Assembly (NCBI GenBank): GCA_964057225.1 | Contig: OZ059896.1 | Coordinates: 3,720,001 to 3,784,000, forward strand | DNA: 64,000 nucleotides | Source of the DNA: Auanema rhodensis | Taxonomy: Eukaryota; Animalia; Nematoda | Direction: 5' to 3' | Part shown: positions 26,501 to 40,200 of the stretch, piece after piece | How positions within the stretch are numbered: the stretch's first letter is position 1 | Layout: every line of letters starts with the position of its first letter | Position numbers and translations under genes: made by a program | The notes under the pieces: model-generated | Databases searched by the model: none | What the model saw: only the letters and a program-made list of their open reading frames with translations | What the model was told of the DNA's origin: nothing

Positions 26501-29500
26501 ACGTAAATTTCAAAGTCATGGTTACCATGAACCAATATCAATAAAAATTTGTTTTTAGACTAATTTGGACATGGGGAATCTAATTTTGAAAACCGCATCT
26601 ATTTATCTTTCACGTGAAGCGAGTTACATACCAAGTGCACATCACGTGTACATTTAATTAGCATAAATTAAAGTTCACGTAAATTTTAAAGTCATGGTTA
26701 CCATGAACCAATATCAATAAAAATTTGTTTTTAGACTAATATGGACATGGGGAATCTAATTTTGAAAACCGCATCTCTTTATCTTTCACGTGAAGCGAGT
26801 TACATACCAAGTGCACATCACGTGTACATTTAATTAGCATAAATTAAAGTTCACGTAAATTTCAAAGTCATGGTTACCATGAACCAATATCAATAAAAAT
26901 TTGTTTTTAGACTAATTTGGACATGGGGAATCTAATTTCGAAAACCGCATCTATTTATCTTTCACGTGAAGCGAGTTACATACCAAGTGCACATCACGTG
27001 TACATTTAATTAGCATAAATTAAAGTTCACGTAAATTTCAAAGTCATGGTTACCATGAACCAATATCAATAAAAATTTGTTTTTAGACTAATATGGACAT
27101 GGGGAATCTAATTTTGAAAACCGCATCTCTTCATCTTTCACGTGAAGCGAGTTACATACCAAGTGCACATCACGTGTACATTTAATTAGCAAAAATTAAA
27201 GTTAACGTAAATTTCAAAGTCATGGTTACCATGAACCAATATCAATAAAAATTTGTTTTTAGACTAATATGGACATGGGGAATCTAATTTTGAAAACCGC
27301 ATCTCTTTATCTTTCACGTGAAGCGAGTTACATACCAAGTGCACATCACGTGTACATTTAATTAGCATAAATTAAAGTTCACGTAAATTTCAAAGTCATG
27401 GTTACCATGAACCAATATCAATAAAAATTTGTTTTTAGACTAATATGGACATGGGGAATCTAATTTTGAAAACCGCATCTCTTCATCTTTCACGTGAAGC
27501 GAGTTACATACCAAGTGCACATCACGTGTACATTTAATTAGCAAAAATTAAAGTTAACGTAAATTTCAAAGTCATGGTTACCATGAACCAATATCAATAA
27601 AAATTTGTTTTTAGACTAATATGGACATGGGGAATCTAATTTTGAAAACCGCATCTCTTTATCTTTCACGTGAAGCGAGTTACATACCAAGTGCACATCA
27701 CGTGTACATTTAATTAGCATAAATTAAAGTTCACGTAAATTTCAAAGTCATGGTTACCATGAACCAATATCAATAAAAATTTGTTTTTAGACTAATATGG
27801 ACATGGGGAATCTAATTTCGAAAACCGCATCTATTTATCTTTCACGTGAAGCGAGTTACATACCAAGTGCACATCACGTGTACATTTAATTAGCATAAAT
27901 TAAAGTTCACGTAAATTTCAAAGTCATGGTTACCATGAACCAATATCAATAAAAATTTGTTTTTAGACTAATTTGGACATGGGGAATCTAATTTTGAAAA
28001 CCGCATCTATTTATCTTTCACGTGAAGCGAGTTACATACCAAGTGCACATCACGTGTACATTTAATTAGCATAAATTAAAGTTCACGTAAATTTCAAAGT
28101 CATGGTTACCATGAACCAATATCAATAAAAATTTGTTTTTAGACTAATTTGGACATGGGGAATCTAATTTTGAAAACCGCATCTATTTATCTTTCACGTG
28201 AAGCGAGTTACATACCAAGTGCACATCACGTGTACATTTAATTAGCATAAATTAAAGTTCACGTAAATTTCAAAGTCATGGTTACCATGAACCAATATCA
28301 ATAAAAATTTGTTTTTAGACTAATTTGGACATGGGGAATCTAATTTTGAAAACCGCATCTATTTATCTTTCACGTGAAGCGAGTTACATACCAAGTGCAC
28401 ATCACGTGTACATTTAATTAGCATAAATTAAAGTTCACGTAAATTTTAAAGTCATGGTTACCATGAACCAATATCAATAAAAATTTGTTTTTAGACTTAT
28501 ATGGACATGGGGAATCTAATTTTGAAAACCGCATCTCTTTATCTTTCACGTGAAGCGAGTTACATACCAAGTGCACATCACGTGTACATTTAATTAGCAT
28601 AAATTAAAGTTCACGTAAATTTCAAAGTCATGGTTACCATGAACCAATATCAATAAAAATTTGTTTTTAGAATAATTTGGACATGGGGAATCTAATTTTG
28701 AAGACCGCATCTATTTATCTTTCACGTGAAGCGAGTTACATACCAAGTGCACATCACGTGTACATTTAATTAGCATAAATTAAAGTTCACGTAAATTTCA
28801 AAGTCATGGTTACCATGAACCAATATCAATAAAAATTTGTTTTTAGACTAATATGGACATGGGGAATCTAATTTTGAAAACCGCATCTCTTTATCTTTCA
28901 CGTGAAACGAGTTACATACCAAGTGCCCATCACGTGTACATTAAATTAGCATAAATTAAAGTTCACGTAAATTTCAAAGTCATGGTTACCATGAACCAAT
29001 ATCAATAAAAATTTGTTTTTAGACTAATTTGGACATGGGGAATCTAATTTTGAAAACCGCATCTATTTATCTTTCACGTGAAGCGAGTTACATACCAAGT
29101 GCACATCACGTGTACATTTAATTAGCATAAATTAAAGTTCACGTAAATTTCAAAGTCATGGTTACCATGAACCAATATCAATAAAAATTTGTTTTTAGAC
29201 TAATATGGACATGAGGAATCTAATTTTGAAAACCGCATCTCTTCATCTTTCACGTGAAGCGAGTTACATACCAAGTGCACATCACGTGTACATTTAATTA
29301 GCAAAAATTAAAGTTAACGTAAATTTCAAAGTCATGGTTACCATGAACCAATATCAATAAAAATTTGTTTTTAGACTAATATGGACATGGGGAATCTAAT
29401 TTTGAAAACCGCATCTCTTTATCTTTCACGTGAAGCGAGTTACATACCAAGTGCACATCACGTGTACATTTAATTAGCATAAATTAAAGTTCACGTAAAT

Positions 29501-31271
29501 TTCAAAGTCATGGTTACCATGAACCAATATCAATAAAAATTTGTTTTTAGACTAATATGGACATGGGGAATCTAATTTCGAAAACCGCATCTATTTATCT
29601 TTCACGTGAAGCGAGTTACATACCAAGTGCACATCACGTGTACATTTAATTAGCATAAATTAAAGTTCACGTAAATTTCAAAGTCATGGTTACCATGAAC
29701 CAATATCAATAAAAATTTGTTTTTAGACTAATTTGGACATGGGGAATCTAATTTCGAAAACCGCATCTATTTATCTTTCACGTGAAGCGAGTTACATACC
29801 AAGTGCACATCACGTGTACATTTAATTAGCATAAATTAAAGTTCACGTAAATTTCAAAGTCATGGTTACCATGAACCAATATCAATAAAAATTTGTTTTT
29901 AGACTAATTTGGACATGGGGAATCTAATTTTGAAAACCGCATCTATTTATCTTTCACGTGAAGCGAGTTACATACCAAGTGCACATCACGTGTACATTTA
30001 ATTAGCATAAATTAAAGTTCACGTAAATTTTAAAGTCATGGTTACCATGAACCAATATCAATAAAAATTTGTTTTTAGACTAATATGGACATGGGGAATC
30101 TAATTTTGAAAACCGCATCTCTTTATCTTTCACGTGAAGCGAGTTACATACCAAGTGCACATCACGTGTACATTTAATTAGCATAAATTAAAGTTCACGT
30201 AAATTTTAAAGTCATGGTTACCATGAACCAATATCAATAAAAATTTGTTTTTAGACTAATATGGACATGGGGAATCTAATTTTGAAAACCGCATCTCTTT
30301 ATCTTTCACGTGAAGCGAGTTACATACCAAGTGCACATCACGTGTACATTTAATTAGCATAAATTAAAGTTCACGTAAATTTCAAAGTCATGGTTACCAT
30401 GAACCAATATCAATAAAAATTTGTTTTTAGACTAATTTGGACATGGGGAATCTAATTTTGAAAACCGCATCTATTTATCTTTCACGTGAAGCGAGTTACA
30501 TACCAAGTGCACATCACGTGTACATTTAATTAGCATAAATTAAAGTTCACGTAAATTTTAAAGTCATGGTTACCATGAACCAATATCAATAAAAATTTGT
30601 TTTTAGACTAATATGGACATGGGGAATCTAATTTTGAAAACCGCATCTCTTTATCTTTCACGTGAAGCGAGTTACATACCAAGTGCACATCACGTGTACA
30701 TTTAATTAGCATAAATTAAAGTTCACGTAAATTTCAAAGTCATGGTTACCATGAACCAATATCAATAAAAATTTGTTTTTAGACTAATTTGGACATGGGG
30801 AATCTAATTTCGAAAACCGCATCTATTTATCTTTCACGTGAAGCGAGTTACATACCAAGTGCACATCACGTGTACATTTAATTAGCATAAATTAAAGTTC
30901 ACGTAAATTTCAAAGTCATGGTTACCATGAACCAATATCAATAAAAATTTGTTTTTAGACTAATATGGACATGGGGAATCTAATTTTGAAAACCGCATCT
31001 CTTCATCTTTCACGTGAAGCGAGTTACATACCAAGTGCACATCACGTGTACATTTAATTAGCAAAAATTAAAGTTAACGTAAATTTCAAAGTCATGGTTA
31101 CCATGAACCAATATCAATAAAAATTTGTTTTTAGACTAATATGGACATGGGGAATCTAATTTTGAAAACCGCATCTCTTTATCTTTCACGTGAAGCGAGT
31201 TACATACCAAGTGCACATCACGTGTACATTTAATTAGCATAAATTAAAGTTCACGTAAATTTCAAAGTCAT
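23528..31271 (+). repeat. 22-monomer (3,872-bp) tandem duplication, 2 copies
   Basis: The private variants AGACTTAT and AGAATAAT+GAAGACC, and the markers GAAACGAG+GTGCCC and ATGAGG, recur at offset 3,872. The two identical 60-aa ORFs (24546 and 28418) are 3,872 bp apart. Confidence 0.92.
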
Positions 31272-34200
31272 GGTTACCATGAACCAATATCAATAAAAAT
31301 TTGTTTTTAGACTAATATGGACATGGGGAATCTAATTTCGAAAACCGCATCTATTTATCTTTCACGTGAAGCGAGTTACATACCAAGTGCACATCACGTG
31401 TACATTTAATTAGCATAAATTAAAGTTCACGTAAATTTCAAAGTCATGGTTACCATGAACCAATATCAATAAAAATTTGTTTTTAGACTAATTTGGACAT
31501 GGGGAATCTAATTTTGAAAACCGCATCTATTTATCTTTCACGTGAAGCGAGTTACATACCAAGTGCACATCACGTGTACATTTAATTAGCATAAATTAAA
31601 GTTCACGTAAATTTCAAAGTCATGGTTACCATGAACCAATATCAATAAAAATTTGTTTTTAGACTAATTTGGACATGGGGAATCTAATTTTGAAAACCGC
31701 ATCTATTTATCTTTCACGTGAAGCGAGTTACATACCAAGTGCACATCACGTGTACATTTAATTAGCATAAATTAAAGTTCACGTAAATTTCAAAGTCATG
31801 GTTACCATGAACCAATATCAATAAAAATTTGTTTTTAGACTAATTTGGACATGGGGAATCTAATTTTGAAAACCGCATCTATTTATCTTTCACGTGAAGC
31901 GAGTTACATACCAAGTGCACATCACGTGTACATTTAATTAGCATAAATTAAAGTTCACGTAAATTTTAAAGTCATGGTTACCATGAACCAATATCAATAA
32001 AAATTTGTTTTTAGACTAATATGGACATGGGGAATCTAATTTTGAAAACCGCATCTCTTTATCTTTCACGTGAAGCGAGTTACATACCAAGTGCACATCA
32101 CGTGTACATTTAATTAGCATAAATTAAAGTTCACGTAAATTTCAAAGTCATGGTTACCATGAACCAATATCAATAAAAATTTGTTTTTAGACTAATTTGG
32201 ACATGGGGAATCTAATTTTGAAAACCGCATCTATTTATCTTTCACGTGAAGCGAGTTACATACCAAGTGCACATCACGTGTACATTTAATTAGCATAAAT
32301 TAAAGTTCACGTAAATTTCAAAGTCATGGTTACCATGAACCAATATCAATAAAAATTTGTTTTTAGACTAATTTGGACATGGGGAATCTAATTTTGAAAA
32401 CCGCATCTATTTATCTTTCACGTGAAGCGAGTTACATACCAAGTGCACATCACGTGTACATTTAATTAGCATAAATTAAAGTTCACGTAAATTTCAAAGT
32501 CATGGTTACCATGAACCAATATCAATAAAAATTTGTTTTTAGACTAATTTGGACATGGGGAATCTAATTTTGAAAACCGCATCTATTTATCTTTCACGTG
32601 AAGCGAGTTACATACCAAGTGCACATCACGTGTACATTTAATTAGCATAAATTAAAGTTCACGTAAATTTTAAAGTCATGGTTACCATGAACCAATATCA
32701 ATAAAAATTTGTTTTTAGACTAATATGGACATGGGGAATCTAATTTTGAAAACCGCATCTCTTTATCTTTCACGTGAAGCGAGTTACATACCAAGTGCAC
32801 ATCACGTGTACATTTAATTAGCATAAATTAAAGTTCACGTAAATTTCAAAGTCATGGTTACCATGAACCAATATCAATAAAAATTTGTTTTTAGACTAAT
32901 ATGGACATGGGGAATCTAATTTCGAAAACCGCATCTCTTTATCTTTCACGTGAAGCGAGTTACATACCAAGTGCACATCACGTGTACATTTAATTAGCAT
33001 AAATTAAAGTTCACTTAAATTTCAAAGTCATGGTTACCATGAACCAATATCAATAAAAATTTGTTTTTAGACTAATATGGACATGGGGAATCTAATTTCG
33101 AAAACCGCATCTATTTATCTTTCACGTGAAGCGAGTTACATACCAAGTGCACATCACGTGTACATTTAATTAGCATAAATTAAAGTTCACGTAAATTTCA
33201 AAGTCATGGTTACCATGAACCAATATCAATAAAAATTTGTTTTTAGACTAATTTGGACATGGGGAATCTAATTTTGAAGACTGCATCTATTTATCTTTCA
33301 CGTGAAGCGAGTTACATACCAAGTGCACATCACGTGTACATTTAATTAGCATAAATTAAAGTTCACGTAAATTTCAAAGTCATGGTTACCATGAACCAAT
33401 ATCAATAAAAATTTGTTTTTAGACTAATATGGACATGGGGAATCTAATTTCGAAAACCGCATCTATTTATCTTTCACGTGAAGCGAGTTACATACCAAGT
33501 GCACATCACGTGTACATTTAATTAGCATAAATTAAAGTTCACGTAAATTTCAAAGTCATGGTTACCATGAACCAATATCAATAAAAATTTGTTTTTAGAC
33601 TAATTTGGACATGGGGAATCTAATTTTGAAAACCGCATCTATTTATCTTTCACGTGAAGCGAGTTACATACCAAGTGCACATCACGTGTACATTTAATTA
33701 GCATAAATTAAAGTTCACGTAAATTTCAAAGTCATGGTTACCATGAACCAATATCAATAAAAATTTGTTTTTAGACTAATATGGACATGGGGAATCTAAT
33801 TTCGAAAACCGCATCTATTTATCTTTCACGTGAAGCGAGTTACATACCAAGTGCACATCACGTGTACATTTAATTAGCATAAATTAAAGTTCACGTAAAT
33901 TTCAAAGTCATGGTTACCATGAACCAATATCAATAAAAATTTGTTTTTAGACTAATTTGGACATGGGGAATCTAATTTTGAAAACCGCATCTATTTATCT
34001 TTCACGTGAAGCGAGTTACATACCAAGTGCACATCACGTGTACATTTAATTAGCATAAATTAAAGTTCACGTAAATTTCAAAGTCATGGTTACCATGAAC
34101 CAATATCAATAAAAATTTGTTTTTAGACTAATTTGGACATGGGGAATCTAATTTTGAAGACCGCATCTATTTATCTTTCACGTGAAGCGAGTTACATACC

Positions 34201-37200
34201 AAGTGCACATCACGTGTACATTTAATTAGCATAAATTAAAGTTCACGTAAATTTCAAAGTCATGGTTACCATGAACCAATATCAATAAAAATTTGTTTTT
34301 AGACTAATATGGACATGGGGAATCTAATTTCGAAAACCGCATCTATTTATCTTTCACGTGAAGCGAGTTACATACCAAGTGCACATCACGTGTACATTTA
34401 ATTAGCATAAATTAAAGTTCACGTAAATTTCAAAGTCATGGTTACCATGAACCAATATCAATAAAAATTTGTTTTTAGACTAATTTGGACATGGGGAATC
34501 TAATTTTGAAAACCGCATCTATTTATCTTTCACGTGAAGCGAGTTACATACCAAGTGCACATCACGTGTACATTTAATTAGCATAAATTAAAGTTCACGT
34601 AAATTTCAAAGTCATGGTTACCATGAACCAATATCAATAAAAATTTGTTTTTAGACTAATTTGGACATGGGGAATCTAATTTTGAAAACCACATCTATTT
34701 ATCTTTCACGTGAAGCGAGTTACATACCAAGTGCACATCACGTGTACATTTAATTAGCATAAATTAAAGTTCACGTAAATTTCAAAGTCATGGTTACCAT
34801 GAACCAATATCAATAAAAATTTGTTTTTAGACTAATATGGACATGGGGAATCTAATTTCGAAAACCGCATCTATTTATCTTTCACGTGAAGCGAGTTACA
34901 TACCATGTGCACATCACGTGTACATTTAATTAGCATAAATTAAAGTTCACGTAAATTTCAAAGTCATGGTTACCATGAACCAATATCAATAAAAATTTGT
35001 TTTTAGACTAATTTGGACATGGGGAATCTAATTTTGAAAACCGCATCTATTTATCTTTCACGTGAAGCGAGTTACATACCAAGTGCACATCACGTGTACA
35101 TTTAATTAGCATAAATTAAAGTTCACGTAAATTTCAAAGTCATGGTTACCATGAACCAATATCAATAAAAATTTGTTTTTAGACTAATATGGACATGGGG
35201 AATCTAATTTTGGAAACCGCATCTCTTTATCTTTCACGTGAAGCGAGTTACATACCAAGTGCACATCACGTGTACATTTAATTAGCATAAATTAAAGTTC
35301 ACGTAAATTTCAAAGTCATGGTTACCATGAACCAATATCAATAAAAATTTGTTTTTAGACTAATATGGACATGGGGAATCTAATTTTGGAAACCGCATCT
35401 CTTTATCTTTCACGTGAAGCGAGTTACATACCAAGTGCACATCACGTGTACATTTAATTAGCATAAATTAAAGTTCACGTAAATTTCAAAGTCATGGTTA
35501 CCATGAACCAATATCAATAAAAATTTGTTTTTAGACTAATTTGGACATGGGGAATCTAATTTTGAAAACCGCATCTATTTATCTTTCACGTGAAGCGAGT
35601 TACATACCAAGTGCACATCACGTGTACATTTAATTAGCATAAATTAAAGTTCACGTAAATTTCAAAGTCATGGTTACCATGAACCAATATCAATAAAAAT
35701 TTGTTTTTAGACTAATTTGGACATGGGGAATCTAATTTTGAAAACCGCATCTATTTATCTTTCACGTGAAGCGAGTTACATACCAAGTGCACATCACGTG
35801 TACATTTAATTAGCATAAATTAAAGTTCACGTAAATTTCAAAGTCATGGTTACCATGAACCAATATCAATAAAAATTTGTTTTTAGACTAATATGGACAT
35901 GGGGAATCTAATTTTGGAAACCGCATCTCTTTATCTTTCACGTGAAGCGAGTTACATACCAAGTGCACATCACGTGTACATTTAATTAGCATAAATTAAA
36001 GTTCACGTAAATTTCAAAGTCATGGTTACCATGAACCAATATCAATAAAAATTTGTTTTTAGACTAATATGGACATGGGGAATCTAATTTCGAAAACCGC
36101 ATCTATTTATCTTTCACGTGAAGCGAGTTACATACCAAGTGCACATCACGTGTACATTTAATTAGCATAAATTAAAGTTCACGTAAATTTCAAAGTCATG
36201 GTTACCATGAACCAATATCAATAAAAATTTGTTTTTAGACTAATATGGACATGGGGAATCTAATTTCGAAAACCGCATCTCTTTTTCTTTCACGTGAAGC
36301 GAGTTACATACCAAGTGCACATCACGTGTACATTTAATTAGCATAAATTAAAGTTCACGTAAATTTCAAAGTCATGGTTACCATGAACCAATATCAATAA
36401 AAATTTGTTTTTAGACTAATATGGACATGGGGAATCTAATTTCGAAAACCGCATCTATTTATCTTTCACGTGAAGCGAGTTACATACCAAGTGCACATCA
36501 CGTGTACATTTAATTAGCATAAATTAAAGTTCACGTAAATTTCAAAGTCATGGTTACCATGAACCAATATCAATAAAAATTTGTTTTTAGACTAATATGG
36601 ACATGGGGAATCTAATTTTGGAAACCGCATCTCTTTATCTTTCACGTGAAGCGAGTTACATACCAAGTGCACATCACGTGTACATTTAATTAGCATAAAT
36701 TAAAGTTCACGTAAATTTCAAAGTCATGGTTACCATGAACCAATATCAATAAAAATTTGTTTTTAGACTAATATGGACATGGGGAATCTAATTTCGAAAA
36801 CCGCATCTATTTATCTTTCACGTGAAGCGAGTTACATACCAAGTGCACATCACGTGTACATTTAATTAGCATAAATTAAAGTTCACGTAAATTTCAAAGT
36901 CATGGTTACCATGAACCAATATCAATAAAAATTTGTTTTTAGACTAAATTGGACATGGGGAATCTAATTTCGAAAACCGCATCTATTTATCTTTCACGTG
37001 AAGCGAGTTACATACCAAGTGCACATCACGTGTACATTTAATTAGCATAAATTAAAGTTCACGTAAATTTCAAAGTCATGGTTACCATGAACCAATATCA
37101 ATAAAAATTTGTTTTTAGACTAATTTGGACATGGGGAATCTAATTTCGAAAACCGCATCTATTTATCTTTCACGTGAAGCGAGTTACATACCAAGTGCAC

Positions 37201-40200
37201 ATCACGTGTACATTTAATTAGCATAAATTAAAGTTCACGTAAATTTCAAAGTCATGGTTACCATGAACCAATATCAATAAAAATTTGTTTTTAGACTAAT
37301 ATGGACATGGGGAATCTAATTTTGAAAACCGCATCTATTTATCTTTCACGTGAAGCGAGTTACATACCAAGTGCACATCACGTGTACATTTAATTAGCAT
37401 AAATTAAAGTTCACGTAAATTTCAAAGTCATGGTTACCATGAACCAATATCAATAAAAATTTGTTTTTAGACTAATATGGACATGGGGAATCTAATTTCG
37501 AAAACCGCATCTATTTATCTTTCACGTGAAGCGAGTTACATACCAAGTGCACATCACGTGTACATTTAATTAGCATAAATTAAAGTTCACGTAAATTTCA
37601 AAGTCATGGTTACCATGAACCAATATCAATAAAAATTTGTTTTTAGACTAATTTGGACATGGGGAATCTAATTTTGAAAACCGCATCTATTTATCTTTCA
37701 CGTGAAGCGAGTTACATAACAAGTGCACATCACGTGTACATTTAATTAGCATAAATTAAAGTTCACGTAAATTTCAAAGTCATGGTTACCATGAACCAAT
37801 ATCAATAAAAATTTGTTTTTAGACTAATATGGACATGGGGAATCTAATTTTGGAAACCGCATCTCTTTATCTTTCACGTGAAGCGAGTTACATACCAAGT
37901 GCACATCACGTGTACATTTAATTAGCATAAATTAAAGTTCACGTAAATTTCAAAGTCATGGTTACCATGAACCAATATCAATAAAAATTTGTTTTTAGAC
38001 TAATATGGACATGGGGAATCTAATTTCGAAAACCGCATCTATTTATCTTTCACGTGAAGCGAGTTACATACCAAGTGCACATCACGTGTACATTTAATTA
38101 GTATAAATTAAAGTTCACGTAAATTTCAAAGTCATGGTTACCATGAACCAATATCAATAAAAATTTGTTTTTAGACTAATATGGACATGGGGAATCTAAT
38201 TTCGAAAACCGCATCTCTTTATCTTTCACGTGAAGCGAGTTACATACCAAGTGCACATCACGTGTACATTTAATTAGCATAAATTAAAGTTCACGTAAAT
38301 TTCAAAGTCATGGTTACCATGAACCAATATCAATAAAAATTTGTTTTTAGACTAATATGGACATGGGGAATCTAATTTCGAAAACCGCATCTATTTATCT
38401 TTCACGTGAAGCGAGTTACATACCAAGTGCACATCACGTGTACATTTAATTAGCATAAATTAAAGTTCACGTAAATTTCAAAGTCATGGTTACCATGAAC
38501 CAATATCAATAAAAATTTGTTTTTAGACTAATATGGCCATGGGGAATCTAATTTTGGAAACCGCATCTCTTTATCTTTCACGTGAAGCGAGTTACATACC
38601 AAGTGCACATCACGTGTACATTTAATTAGCATAAATTAAAGTTCACGTAAATTTCAAAGTCATGGTTACCATGAACCAATATCAATAAAAATTTGTTTTT
38701 AGACTAATATGGACATGGGGAATCTAATTTCGAAAACCGCATCTATTTATCTTTCACGTGAAGCGAGTTACATACCAAGTGCACATCACGTGTACATTTA
38801 ATTAGCATAAATTAAAGTTCACGTAAATTTCAAAGTCATGGTTACCATGAACCAATATCAATAAAAATTTGTTTTTAGACTAATTTGGACATGGGGAATC
38901 TAATTTCGAAAACCGCATCTATTTATCTTTCACGTGAAGCGAGTTACATACCAAGTGCACATCACGTGTACATTTAATTAGCATAAATTAAAGTTCACGT
39001 AAATTTCAAAGTCATGGTTACCATGAACCAATATCAATAAAAATTTGTTTTTAGACTAATTTGGACATGGGGAATCTAATTTTGAAAATCGCATCTATTT
39101 ATCTTTCACGTGAAGCGAGTTACATACCAAGTGCACATCACGTGTACATTTAATTAGCATAAATTAAAGTTCACGTAAATTTTAAAGTCATGGTTACCAT
39201 GAACCAATATCAATAAAAATTTGTTTTTAGACTAATATGGACATGGGGAATCTAATTTTGAAAACCGCATCTCTTTATCTTTCACGTGAAGCGAGTTACA
39301 TACCAAGTGCACATCACGTGTACATTTAATTAGCATAAATTAAAGTTCACGTAAATTTCAAAGTCATGGTTACCATGAACCAATATCAATAAAAATTTGT
39401 TTTTAGACTAATATGGACATGGGGAATCTAATTTCGAAAACCGCATCTCTTTATCTTTCACGTGAAGCGAGTTACATACCAAGTGCACATCACGTGTACA
39501 TTTAATTAGCATAAATTAAAGTTCACGTAAATTTCAAAGTCATGGTTACCATGAACCAATATCAATAAAAATTTGTTTTTAGACTAATATGGACATGGGG
39601 AATCTAATTTCGAAAACCGCATCTATTTATCTTTCACGTGAAGCGAGTTACATACCAAGTGCACATCACGTGTACATTTAATTAGCATAAATTAAAGTTC
39701 ACGTAAATTTCAAAGTCATGGTTACCATGAACCAATATCAATAAAAATTTGTTTTTAGACTAATTTGGACATGGGGAATCTAATTTTGAAGACCGCATCT
39801 ATTTATCTTTCACGTGAAGCGAGTTACATACCAAGTGCACATCACGTGTACATTTAATTAGCATAAATTAAAGTTCACGTAAATTTCAAAGTCATGGTTA
39901 CCATGAACCAATATCAATAAAAATTTGTTTTTAGACTAATATGGACATGGGAAATCTAATTTCGAAAACCGCATCTATTTATCTTTCACGTGAAGCGAGT
40001 TACATACCAAGTGCACATCACGTGTACATTTAATTAGCATAAATTAAAGTTCACGTAAATTTCAAAGTCATGGTTACCATGAACCAATATCAATAAAAAT
40101 TTGTTTTTAGACTAATTTGGACATGGGGAATCTAATTTTGAAAACCGCATCTATTTATCTTTCACGTGAAGCGAGTTACATACCAAGTGCACATCACGTG

